From Perna viridis (taxonomy: Eukaryota), in NCBI GenBank assembly GCA_037379345.1, contig CM074511.1, forward strand, positions 72,050,862 through 72,114,861: a stretch of DNA of 64,000 bases. Direction: 5' to 3'. Both the position numbers and the translations under genes were made by a program. Positions 53,696 through 64,000 of the stretch are shown piece by piece. The notes under the pieces are model-generated. The model was not told the DNA's origin, ran no database searches, and saw only the letters and a program-made list of their open reading frames with translations. The stretch's first letter is position 1. Each line of letters begins with the position of its first letter.

Positions 53696-54492
53696 TATAC
53701 TGGAAAAACCCTACATTAAAAAACAATTTCAAAATTGTGTATAACATAGATCGTACTGGTTTTGGCAACATTGATGCCAATTTCAAGAAAAATTATTAGG
53801 GAAAACAAGAAAGGAAGACTTGTACTGTTAATGAAAAAAAGTTACGTATATTGTTGTTATGACCTTTATAAACTGCAGAGCATTTCTTCTTAAATTTCTT
53901 AAAATATGGTTGACTTGACCCTGAAGATATCTGGAGCGACATCAGACAAAGGACGGGAAGTGGTTTAAATAACATTTACTAAGGTATAAATTTGTGTATT
54001 TAACATGATTTTAGGGCTTTATATTGAGATACAATACACAGAAATAGAGAAGATAAATTGTGGTGTTTTTGACAAGTTTGTTTTTACCTGAGATTACCTT
54101 TAGCAGGTATTTCCTGTTGATGTGACACCTACACTTAAGAGTTTCCTTACATGATCTCCTTGATCTTACCGATACCTAACACCCGTTATACTGTCAGTCT
54201 GCTATATCAGAACTTCATTCTGAAACGGGAGACTGTTCATCGGTACTCAAATCTTGACTCTTTTGTTGAATAGTTGGTCCTATATATTAGATTGTAAGTA
54301 AATTATTGTCAATGAAATCCTGTTCTTACTAATTCTGTATTTTGTACAAGTATGTCTTCAATTAGATCCCATGACATCTGTTAGAACAATTTAAACATTA
54401 GGGGTGTCTTGGTTTTCAATTTTAGATTCTAAAATTGAAAAAAAAAAGAAAAACATCTATCTTACAGTTCCTGTCTCAGAACTAAGACTTAA

Positions 54493-55123
54493 AGAGTAAT
54501 CAATGGAACCAAGATTCTATCAGAAATCAAAAGAATGTATTCCAGGGACATAGACCAGACATGGAAAACAGACAAACACAACAAAGAACATAAAAATAAC
54601 TAAAAAAATACATACAAAATAACAAAAGTAAATGAGCAACTCAAGACTCCACTAAAAACTAGGATCATGGACCAGGTGCACCTGTAGGGTTATCGTCCTC
54701 TGCTTTTCTAGAAATACCTGCCGAGTTGCTCATAAAAAGTCAAGTTTGGGGTAGACGAAAGAGGAAAGAAAAACTATGACATGTTGAACAAATCAGTTTT
54801 CATGGTGCAGATGGTACACTATAACGATCCATGAGTTCATGATGACGACCATAAAACTTTTGTAGTGATGACTTCAATCTTGTAGCAACATTATCCGGAA
54901 GCTTATTTGTAAGAAGTCTAGTGCTATACAAAAAGGTAAGGGCTAGCTCTGGCATAATGTAAAAACTTCATACGCAGGTGCTGAAGGGATGTTGCCACAG
55001 GTGACAGGAAAGTTGACAAAAGGGAATGAAAAGTATCACATTTGTCGTATAGTTTGGTCAGTAGTTTTCCTTTACCGTAGGTCTCTAAATGTAGGTCAAG
55101 ATATGAGGCTGACTTCACAGTGT
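54493..55123 (-). mobile_element. Naiad-type retroelement, 5'-truncated, more decayed copy
   Basis: KSASYLDLHLE..GKLLTKLYDK and the same 3' UTR and terminus as 51339-52200. Confidence 0.88.
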
Positions 55124-55459
55124 AAGCCTCATATCTGATGAAATGAATCGCTCTCCACGATATGGAGATGGATCTGTGGTTAATTTATATGTTCATTTGG
55201 GGGGCATATTGTTTTACCCCTCTCAGTCCGTCCCGTTCAGGGTATATAGATATTCTGCTTAACTCCTCCTGCAGTATTTAGGGTAAGAAGTTGGTACTTT
55301 GTAGAATAATTATATATGGATTTAAGATGTGCATATTATCAGGGTTTTCATTTCTATCAATATTTGACATTTTTATAGATAGTTGGACAGTCATTTTGTT
55401 ACCATTTTGAGTGAATAGGGTACATGTCTTCTGGATAACTCCTCCTTCAGTATTTAGGC

Positions 55460-56141
55460 TATAATAATAATAATAATAATAATAAAATCTTTATTTCAAG
55501 AGGGTTACAGTTAGTTTACAAGCAAATCTTCCCTGAGGCCCACACGCACAAAAACTATATCTATTAAAAATTAAAAATAAACAACACAACACAAAAACAA
55601 AAGCTGATTTAACAATACCAAATCACTTTAAGACAATACAATATAGAACATTAAAAAAAAAAAACAGTATAAGCAACAATTTTCTCTTTTAAGATACTCT
55701 ATTCAAAAGCGTTAAGGTACTTCTTTAGATTGATTTTGAATGAGTTGACTGTGGCTTGATTATGTAAATTTTTGGGTAACTTATTCCACAAGACAGACCC
55801 AGAATATATGAATGAATGTCTGAAAAGTTCAGTTTTACTTTTTGGGATTATCAAGTTTCCATGTTCAGCATTTCTTAGTGATTAAGATTTGTTTCTTGAA
55901 ACATAGTTTAACTTTTCTGATACATAACTTGGTGCTTCCCCATTGAGAGATTTATAGATTAATAGGTATTTGTGATAATTTTAATCCTTGTTTCTATTTT
56001 CATGATTCCTAATTGTTTGAACAAGGGTTCTGATGGAGAAAAAGGTTCAGCATCTGGAATGAGGCGAATAGCGCTTTTTTGGAGTTTAAGAATTTTGTCT
56101 AATCCTTCAGAGCCACAGCCACTCCATACAATACAACAGTA
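55460..56141 (-). mobile_element. CR1-group (Crack/Daphne/L2-like) LINE, 5'-truncated: ORF2 C-terminus, 3' UTR, (TTA)n tail
   Basis: Minus-strand translation CCIVWSGCGSEGLDKILKLQKSAIRLI..PSEPLFKQLG.. / YHKYLLIYKSLNGEAPSY..LRNA..NLIIPKSKTELFRHSFIYSGSVLWNKLP..SFKINLKKYL; aataaa followed by a (tta)n tail. Confidence 0.88.
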
Positions 56142-56623
56142 TATGGATTGAAGATGTACATGTTATCAGAGTTTTCATTTCTATCACTATTTGACATCTT
56201 CATGGATAGTTGAGCTTAGTCATTTTGGCACCATTTTGAGGTTATGATGTTGGTAATTTGTAGAAAAGTTATGTATGGATTGGAGATGTGCAATTTATCA
56301 GAATTTTGATTTCTTTCTATATTTGACATCTTCATGAATAGTTGGACTTATCCATTTTGTCACCATTTTTAGGGAATTGGGTATATGTCTATTCTGGATA
56401 ACTCCTCCTACAGTATTTAGGTTAGGAAATTGATGATTTGCAGAATAATTATTTATGGATTGAAGATGTACATATTATCAGGGTTTTGATTTCTATCAAT
56501 ATTTGACCTTTTCATGGATAGTTGGGCTTAGTGATTTTGTCACCATTTTGAGGAAATAGGGTACATGTCTATTCTGGATATCTCCTTCTACAGTACTTAA
56601 GATAGGTAGTAAATAATTTTGAA

Positions 56624-56819
56624 TACTATAAATGTACTAATTTCGCTATTTTTGCGGTTGACAGAAAACCGTGAGAAATAGTGCACATCAAATTGATTTT
56701 TAATACTTTTTAAACACTAATAATTTTTTTGAAAATACGAAAAATTGATACCCGCGGATATGTTCACTTAACAGAATCTGCAAAAATTAGCAACCGTTAA
56801 AATTAATGTGTTTACAGTA
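56624..56819. mobile_element. Degenerate MITE with tact(g/a)taaa ... tttacagta termini (TA-TSD type)
   Basis: Terminal inverted match plus internal inverted aatttcgc / gcaaaaatt motifs. Confidence 0.5.
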
Positions 56820-57854
56820 ATCATGAAGGTTATAAACAAGATCCTACACACAACACTGGATCAACATTAGATTTAGTGTTTGTTCCTGTAGACCAATGCT
56901 ATCAAATCAGGACATTTTCAACTTCTTTCTCTGATCATTAAATTGTTGCCATTCTAAAGAATTCAAGCTTGTTAGTATAAACTGACTTTAATATATGTCA
57001 GATAGTACATGTGGGGCATCAATGTGTCTCTCAGACACAACAATCTTCTCATAAATGAATTTTGACAACCAAACATTATGTGGTAGCTGTGTTCAAATGC
57101 GGGGGCATCCCTTTGTCTAGTTGTTTTTTAAAGTCTTCAAATTCTCCCATTTTTGATTTCTTGTGAGTATGCAAGTCTGCTTCTAGTCCTGAAGTTTTTA
57201 AAATTTGAGAAGTTTACTGATACCAGAAAATATCCTTAAGGATCCGTTTTAAAGGATATAATGAAGTAAAGTTTAAGGCATTTTGTGAAAATTGTCTAAA
57301 GCCATCCCTGAAATAAATGAAAACCTGTTTAGACCAGACACTTTTTTAAGTCATTGAGAATCATTCAAATGTATTTTGAACCTGTGTTAACTGTGTTTTT
57401 ACAGTCCAGTAAGGGTTCAGACTTTCAGTTTGACTAGTGATGATATAGAGCTGTAATACACTCTGTTAATTATAACATGTTTTCTTTGTCTCATAAAGTA
57501 GTTCCATATAATACTTTTGTATGACATTATTCTCAGCTTGAAATGCCAATAAGATAACTGGCTTCAAAATAATTCATTACACAGCACTGACTTGGTTTAA
57601 CAGTGATTATGCATTGATTATCATAGGCATGCCAAGGCATAATATCATCTGTACTGACCCCATTATACCCAATAAAGAAAAACCAAATTTATCATCCACT
57701 CTTTATTTACTTTTTATTCTACAGGTTGATGAGGGTCTTTGACTGCTTTCATATGATCAATGTTAAGGTGCTGACAGAAGGAAATATCAGTTTTCTCAGT
57801 TTGCTTAACCTATCAAGTCTTGATATTGAGACTGTAAACAAAATATGATCCATC

Positions 57855-58310
57855 AGGATTCTCAAGCAAATATTTATCTGGAATGGCTTGATGTCAGGAC
57901 TCTCTAGCAAATATCTATCCGAAATGGCTTGATGTCCTGAATCTCAAGCAAATATCTATCTGGAATTGCTTGATGTCAGGACTCTCAAGCAAATATCTAT
58001 CTGGAATGGCTAAACGTCCTGACTCTCAAGCAAATATCTATCTGGAATGGTTTAATGTCCTGACTCTCAAGTAAATATCTATCTGGAATGGCTTGATGTC
58101 AGGACTCTCTAGCAAAAATCTATCTGGAATGGCTTAATGTCCTGACTCTCAAGCAAATATCTATCTGGACTGGAATGGCTTGATGTCAGGACTCTCAAGC
58201 AAATATCTATTTGGAATGGCTTAATGTCCTGACTCTCAAGCAAATATCTATCTTGAATGGCTTGATATCACGAGTATGTCTGGAATGGCTTGATATCGGG
58301 ACTGTCAAGT
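57855..58310. repeat. Minisatellite, 41-bp unit (gactctcaagcaaatatctatctggaatggcttgatgtcag), ~11 copies
   Basis: Period 57980 to 58021. Confidence 0.95.
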
Positions 58311-58439
58311 TAACAGTCTGTCTAAAATCTTTCCTCAGTGCCAGTCCATTTAAGCTATAATAGGTAATGTACTAGTAATCTATCATCTTTGAGTCACAGA
58401 TTCCATCCCCTGTCTATTTCTCCCCATCATCTGAAGAAC

Positions 58440-58687
58440 CAGGGGCGTAGCTGCCGTTAGGCAAAAAGCTTTTGCCTGCACTTAATTTTGCCAATTTATT
58501 TTTATTTTTATTTTTTTTTTAGATAAAATACATCCAGGAGAGGCATAAATGATGCTCTAAAATGCTATCTCCACGGAGCTTCCAGGGGGGGCTTTGCCCC
58601 TCTGGACCTGCTGAGGGCCTTAAGCGGCCCCCGGACCCCCTGCCGTAATTTTGCCTACACTGCAATTTGGCCTCAGCCAAGTGCCTG
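58440..58687. mobile_element. 248-bp GC-rich MITE, cagg...cctg termini, 5-bp TSD
   Basis: caggggcgtagct ... agccaagtgcctg; flanks agaac/agaac. The paralogous empty site at ~58775 (caagaacatctgg) has a single agaac. Confidence 0.85.
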
Positions 58688-59871
58688 AGAACATCTAGTG
58701 AGGCTTGCATGTCTACCACTGATGTATACTATATAGACAGATTCCATGCCCTGTCTATTTCTCCCCTCATCACAAGAACATCTGGTAAGGCTACTGATGA
58801 TGCTGTATAGACTTTTACTATCATCTGTCATCACTGAAATTGTCATTAAACAACTTAGGTTAGAAATGCTTAGAATAGCTATGATTGTAGTTAGTCTGTG
58901 ATTAGATATTGAGCATTCCTCTTCATCCCTGACAATGTAGGCAATGTTTTTATATGTCATGAAAATATAGATAATTGTCTTTTAGTTTCTGTTCGACTGA
59001 AAGCTTTTGTCTATAACTTGAAACCAAGTTAACAATGTTGATTCCAGCTGTTTAACCTGATTCAAACCAAGAAGTTTGTGTGAATGTCTGAAGAATACTT
59101 CCTAAGAAAAGACTCAATCAAACAGTCATAATGTATTGTGTATAAAAATATTTTATTAAAATGAAATTTACTTTCTATATGACCACAATAATTTAAGGGT
59201 TATATTTTTCTCACCTATTGACAAGTGTAAATACTGTTTTTTTTTTTTCAATAAAACACCACAGTTCAGAAGCAAATATTGTAAGCATGAAAAGTCTTGG
59301 TCTCAAAATATAAATTAATTGAAGCTATTATGTCTGATCTAAAAATCTGTATGCATGCGCAGGTTGGTTTTTTTTTTACCATGATCATAAAAAGACCTCT
59401 GATGTCTAATGACATCTTATTATCATGTCTATATGAACTTTTATGTATTTGAAAATGTTATGAATGGATTTTCACCAATGTAAGATATGGTATAAATGAC
59501 CTTATCTTGATAGAAAATAGAAACCTAATTCTACTTTTCATGATGCTTAATTTATCAATGAAAAATGTAAATCAGTATAAAATACTACTGTTGTCTAATG
59601 TAACCCTATATGAACTTACTCCTTTGTCAAAACTATTCAGAAATATATGTACAGTGAACTGATACCATTTAATGAAATATTTAAGTAGAAAAAGCCTGTA
59701 GGTTTGTGTCAGATTAATCCTGTTGGCTAATATATTTTGTATTTTGAATGAAGGTAAACCACAGCTCTAACAGTGATGCATATTTACTTACTTCCTGGTT
59801 CATGTCCATCCCTAAACCATCTCTGCATTTCTTTAGATGGCACTATTGACTGACTTTCATTCCCTAATACA

Positions 59872-60041
59872 TGAGCCCCGTGCAAAAGGGGCTGGTCCGG
59901 GTGTCAAAAGAATAGGCCTGCAGCAGCGCTAAGCTTGTCGTAAAAGGCGACTAAATAGTGCTCAGAACCCTAGCCAGGGGCTAGGCACTCTGCCCACAGA
60001 GCAACTGGGATGTCTTGCATGACCAGTAGGTCATGCCTTTT
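59872..60041 (+). other. GC-rich multi-hairpin island; probable RTE-clade 5' leader or RTE-derived SINE structured RNA
   Basis: Six stems in 170 nt. The agaata...gcttgtcgtaaaaggcgactaaa motif resembles invertebrate RTE/SINE leaders (recalled). Confidence 0.55.
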
Positions 60042-60576
60042 CCTACATCACTGAAAATGGCCTTACCTAATGTATTTTATCCCCCCCACACATGACCATA
60101 CCCTGTTCTCTTTATCACTTTATATGATCTTGTTAAATCTGATGTTTCAAAGCTTTTGTAAGTACTAGAAACCTGATAGTATAATGAAATAGTGAATCTA
60201 GAAGTAAGACAATGTCTCTATTGATGTCACACCTAATACTTGTAATTCTTGTTGTTCTTGTTTGTATGATGACTGATGATGCCTTTCCATGATGTATGGT
60301 TTAATTAACCTACATGTGTGTGCTTTGTCATTTATATTGTTCAAGTTGATGAACTGATACATTTATATCAAGAAAAGCCATGAATGCTTTTTTAATCAAT
60401 ATCATTTAATGATAGGATAATTAAAGTGCAATGGTTGAAGAAAGTAGGAATGCTTAAATACAGAACTTTCTGTTTCATACGAATAATTAAAAAAAACTGT
60501 CCGTTTGATTATAGACTTTACATAAGGGTATATAATGAAACCATATAAATCATTAAATTCTGACTTAAAGGTAAAA

Positions 60577-61030
60577 TATACCAGTACTATTATGGTACAC
60601 CATTAGTATACAGGTTATAAAGGTATAGTATACAGGTAATACAATGTATAATGGTACACTACTGGTATACTGGTTATAAAGGTATAGTGTACCAGTACTA
60701 CAATGTATAATGTTACACTCATTAGTATACAGGTTATAAAGGTATAGTATACCAGTAATACAATGTATAATGGTACACTACTGGTATACTGGTTATAAAG
60801 TTACAGTATACCGGTAATACAATGTATAATGTTACACTCATGGTATACTGGTTATAAAGGTACAGTATACCATTACTACAATGTATAATGTTGCACTCAT
60901 GGTATACTGGTTATAAAGGTATAGTATACCATTATTACTACAATGTATAATGTTGCACTCATTGGTATACTGGTTATAAAGTTACAGTATACCAGTACTA
61001 CAATGTATAATGTACGGGTTATAAAGGTAT
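60577..61030. repeat. Minisatellite, 59-60-bp unit with an internal inverted repeat, ~7-8 copies; outlier copies at ~62420-62515
   Basis: Period 60687, 60747, 60806; agtataccagta ... tactggtatact within the unit. Confidence 0.92.
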
Positions 61031-62711
61031 TGCCATAGTGGCCAAGTATACGCAAAGCTCTTGGCTGGTATATTTTAACCACAGAAGCCAAGTAGCTCAT
61101 AATTCCAGGCTAGCCACAAAATAAAGAGACTTGTCAATAATCTACAGTTTATTATGATTATACAGAAAATACATGTTACAGAATGAAAAGTTATTTTGAC
61201 AACCGGAAATTTTGCAAACTCACATATAAGGTGCGCTCAAACAAATTATTTTCAAAAAGCTCTCAAATTCCTTAATATGGATTGGATCCACATGACACAA
61301 GGGAACAACACAACAGATAGCAAGCGAGGAATTCTCCATATAGCGATAACTTCCTGTTAAGGCAAGTTATACTATCTTCAACAACCTTGGACCACCTTGT
61401 CCTGAATACAAATAATTCCTATTAAGGCAAGTATATGTCAAAATGTCAAAGAAACATCATCAACAATAACGAGTAAACTTCCAGTTACAGCAAGTTGCAA
61501 CTCTCAAACTCTTGCACCACTTGTCACCAAAAACACATCCCTTAACCACATAAAATAAATTCAATCTTACATTCAGTCTGAAACCATATATTCCTAAACA
61601 TCAAATCTCCAATTGCACATCACCCTTTCGCTCCCTCTTAATTTTTTTCCCCAGCTATTTCATTTTATTCCACTACTAAATTTCAATCTCCAATCTTCTT
61701 TAAACTGAAAATCAAAGCCCTTATATATTGTTCAACACCAATTGAACACCAACTATTTTAATAATCAAATCTTACATAGCTGACCTAAATTAAGCACCAA
61801 TTCAATACTACCTTAGCACCAATTTCCAATAAATCAAAAACTTTGACAACTACTTAAAACAATATCCTGCATGGGTAACATGATACTGTACTTCATCACC
61901 TTTCCTATGGCAAACTGCTTAAGTAGCAGTCTTTATAAAAATCAGACAGAAGGTGATTCATGCATGTCAAAATCTCACCAAATTCAGTTATATTTCTTGT
62001 TCAGAAACAGATACTGATCACATAACCAGTCATAGTTTTTTTTTCATTTGGTTTTTGCGCTTTTGAGATAAAAAGCATATATATAGTACATCAAATTGGC
62101 ACTTGGTAAGAGTTATTGGTCCTGATTTGGATTTGCTTGTTTAATTTTAGTGGGAGATAAATGTATGGTTTTCTAAAAAGTGCAGATCTAAATGCAGAAA
62201 TGATTGCATGGCACATATAGACTGAAAAGGTATTGTTTGTATGGTGGATTTTTTTATGCCATGAATCACTTTACCATAGGTAGTGTATGAATTTTATGTG
62301 GACTGGTACTTAAAATTATAATAAAGATGAACTCCTGGATATAAGACAAACGATACAATGACTAAATGAAAATATGCTTACGTAGACATGCAACTTATGA
62401 AAATATACACCTCTACAGTATAATATACCAATACTATGATATTACACTACTGGTATACTGGTTAAAAAAGTATAGTATACCAGTAAAACAATAATATCAT
62501 GTTACACTCATAGTATATCAATCATTGACTTATCTTCTTTATATAATTCTATTACAGACTTGCACTAAAACTGATACCAAATCTTTAGATAAATTGTGCA
62601 TGTGTTTGTATTTAATAGTGCACTGTGCCAATTTATCTACTGGTTAGGTAAAAATTGTCTTCAAAACTGAAATAATAACAGTTTATATTGGTGAAGGTGA
62701 ATGGCAGTAAA

Positions 62712-63675
62712 GCTAGAAGTCTTATAGGGATACCTGAAAGTCTAACGGAGGTACAGATTGAATGGTACTCTCACTAGAAGTCTTATAGGGATACCTGGAA
62801 GTCTAATGGAGGTAGATTGAATGGTACTCTGACTAGAAGTCTTATAGAGATACCTGGAAGTCTAACGGAGGTACAGATTGAATGGTACTCTAACTAGAAG
62901 TCTTATAGGGATACCTGGAAGTCTAATGGAGGTACAAATTGAATGGTACTCTCACTAGAAGTTTGATTTGGATACAGATTGAATGTTACTATAGTTTGAA
63001 GTTTGGTGGGAGTGAGTAATCAAGGGAACCAAGATTCTAGCGGAAATCAAAAGAATGTAATCCTGGGACAAAGACCAGACATGGAAAACAGACAAACATG
63101 ACAAAAAAACATATAATAAATAAAATAATACATACAAAGTAACTCAATAAGCAACTCGGACTCCACTATAAGATTGAATGGTACTATAGCTGGAAGTCTG
63201 ATGGAGTGGTTCTGTAGCTGAAGTCTGATGGAGATACATACACCTTTGGTACTATAGCTAGGAGTGCAATGGGATTACAGATTGAATGGTACTATAGTGG
63301 GAAGTCTGATGGAGTGGTTCTGTAGCTGGAAGTCTGATGGGGATATGGATTGAATGGTTCTATAACTGGAAATCTGATGGAGTGGTTCTGTAGCTGGAAG
63401 TCTGATGGAGATACAGATTGAATGGTACTATAGCGGGACGTCTGATGGGGATATAGATTGAAGGCTTCTATAGCTGGAAGTCTGATGGAGATACATATTG
63501 AATGGTACTATAGCAAGGAGTGCAATGGGATTACAGATTGAATGGAACTATAACTGGAAGTCTGATGGAGATACACACTGAATAGTTCTGTAGCTGGAAG
63601 TCTGTTGTGGTTCCAGATTAAATGTTTCTAAAACTGGAAATGAGATGGGGATACAGATTGAATGGTGCTATAGCT
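62712..63675. repeat. Minisatellite: 61-bp units to ~62960, then related ~40-bp units; interrupted by a Naiad 3' end
   Basis: Period 62713 to 62774; shared core gattgaatggtact..agctggaagtctgatggag. Confidence 0.9.
63014..63168 (-). mobile_element. Naiad-type retroelement 3'-terminal fragment
   Basis: gagtaatcaagggaaccaagattctagcggaaatc...gcaactcggactccacta matches 51340-51497. Confidence 0.88.
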
Positions 63676-64000
63676 TTACAAGTTGAGTTGTTGATGGTTG
63701 TACCTCATAGTTGTGGTAATTAACATTTTATTGTGTATAAATGAATTACTACTGCACTTTCTATGATATAATGCTATTGCCCTTAATTTTGTTCTGCCAT
63801 TTGAATGACTTTAGGGATTTCCTGATGCAATAGACGTTCTTTGTCATTCGTTGACCAAGGAGGTGAGGGCTTTTTGTAAACCGTAACTCCTCTTAAACCA
63901 CTGAATAGAATTTAATGAAACTTTTGCAAATTATTTAATCACATGATACATTATGTACCTCCTATTTATTTTACCATTAGAAATGACTTTTATGGTTTTC

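Larger units (their letters stand above)
55184..57047 (+). mobile_element. Helentron-associated non-autonomous element (HINE/DINE-1-like) with ~180-bp central repeats and nested insertions
   Basis: 5' ttt-atatgttc..ggggcatat followed by a gtccgtcc microsatellite; central repeats taactcctcc.acagtattt at 55260/55436/56399/56579; 3' ggggcat plus hairpin tgtgtct-ctc-agacaca (57023-57039). Confidence 0.65.

Noticed and set aside
53905-53985. Short CpG-containing ORF or exon candidate
   Set aside because: All frames close within ~25 codons and splice signals are weak.

Overview
This is AT-rich eukaryotic DNA, most likely from a bivalve mollusc, judged from SINE, Penelope-like and Helentron families recalled from memory rather than searched. 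I found no intact protein-coding gene, rRNA, tRNA, CRISPR array or prokaryotic system. Almost all ORFs in the track are read-throughs of tandem repeats. The window reads best as ~4.5 kb of CpG-retaining intergenic DNA, a probable promoter at ~4.4-4.8 kb, then a long CpG-depleted stretch that is probably intronic on the + strand, with one convincing small exon (8909-9002). About a quarter of the window is ~20 unrelated minisatellite/satellite arrays with 25-88 bp units. Recognisable mobile elements are: (1) at least six fragments of Naiad-type Penelope-like retroelements, including an internal CxC-linker/RT fragment missed by the ORF track and a 3' UTR amplified into a satellite; (2) four non-autonomous CAG-ended (hAT-like) elements that all have 5-bp target duplications; (3) two ~98% identical 467-bp MITEs in inverted orientation; (4) a Helentron/HINE carrying a nested CR1-group LINE; (5) SINE relics. 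The best leads are a conserved stem structure in the Naiad 3' UTR, a hairpin-dense RNA-like island at ~59.9 kb, the retroelement-derived satellite and the inverted MITE pair.
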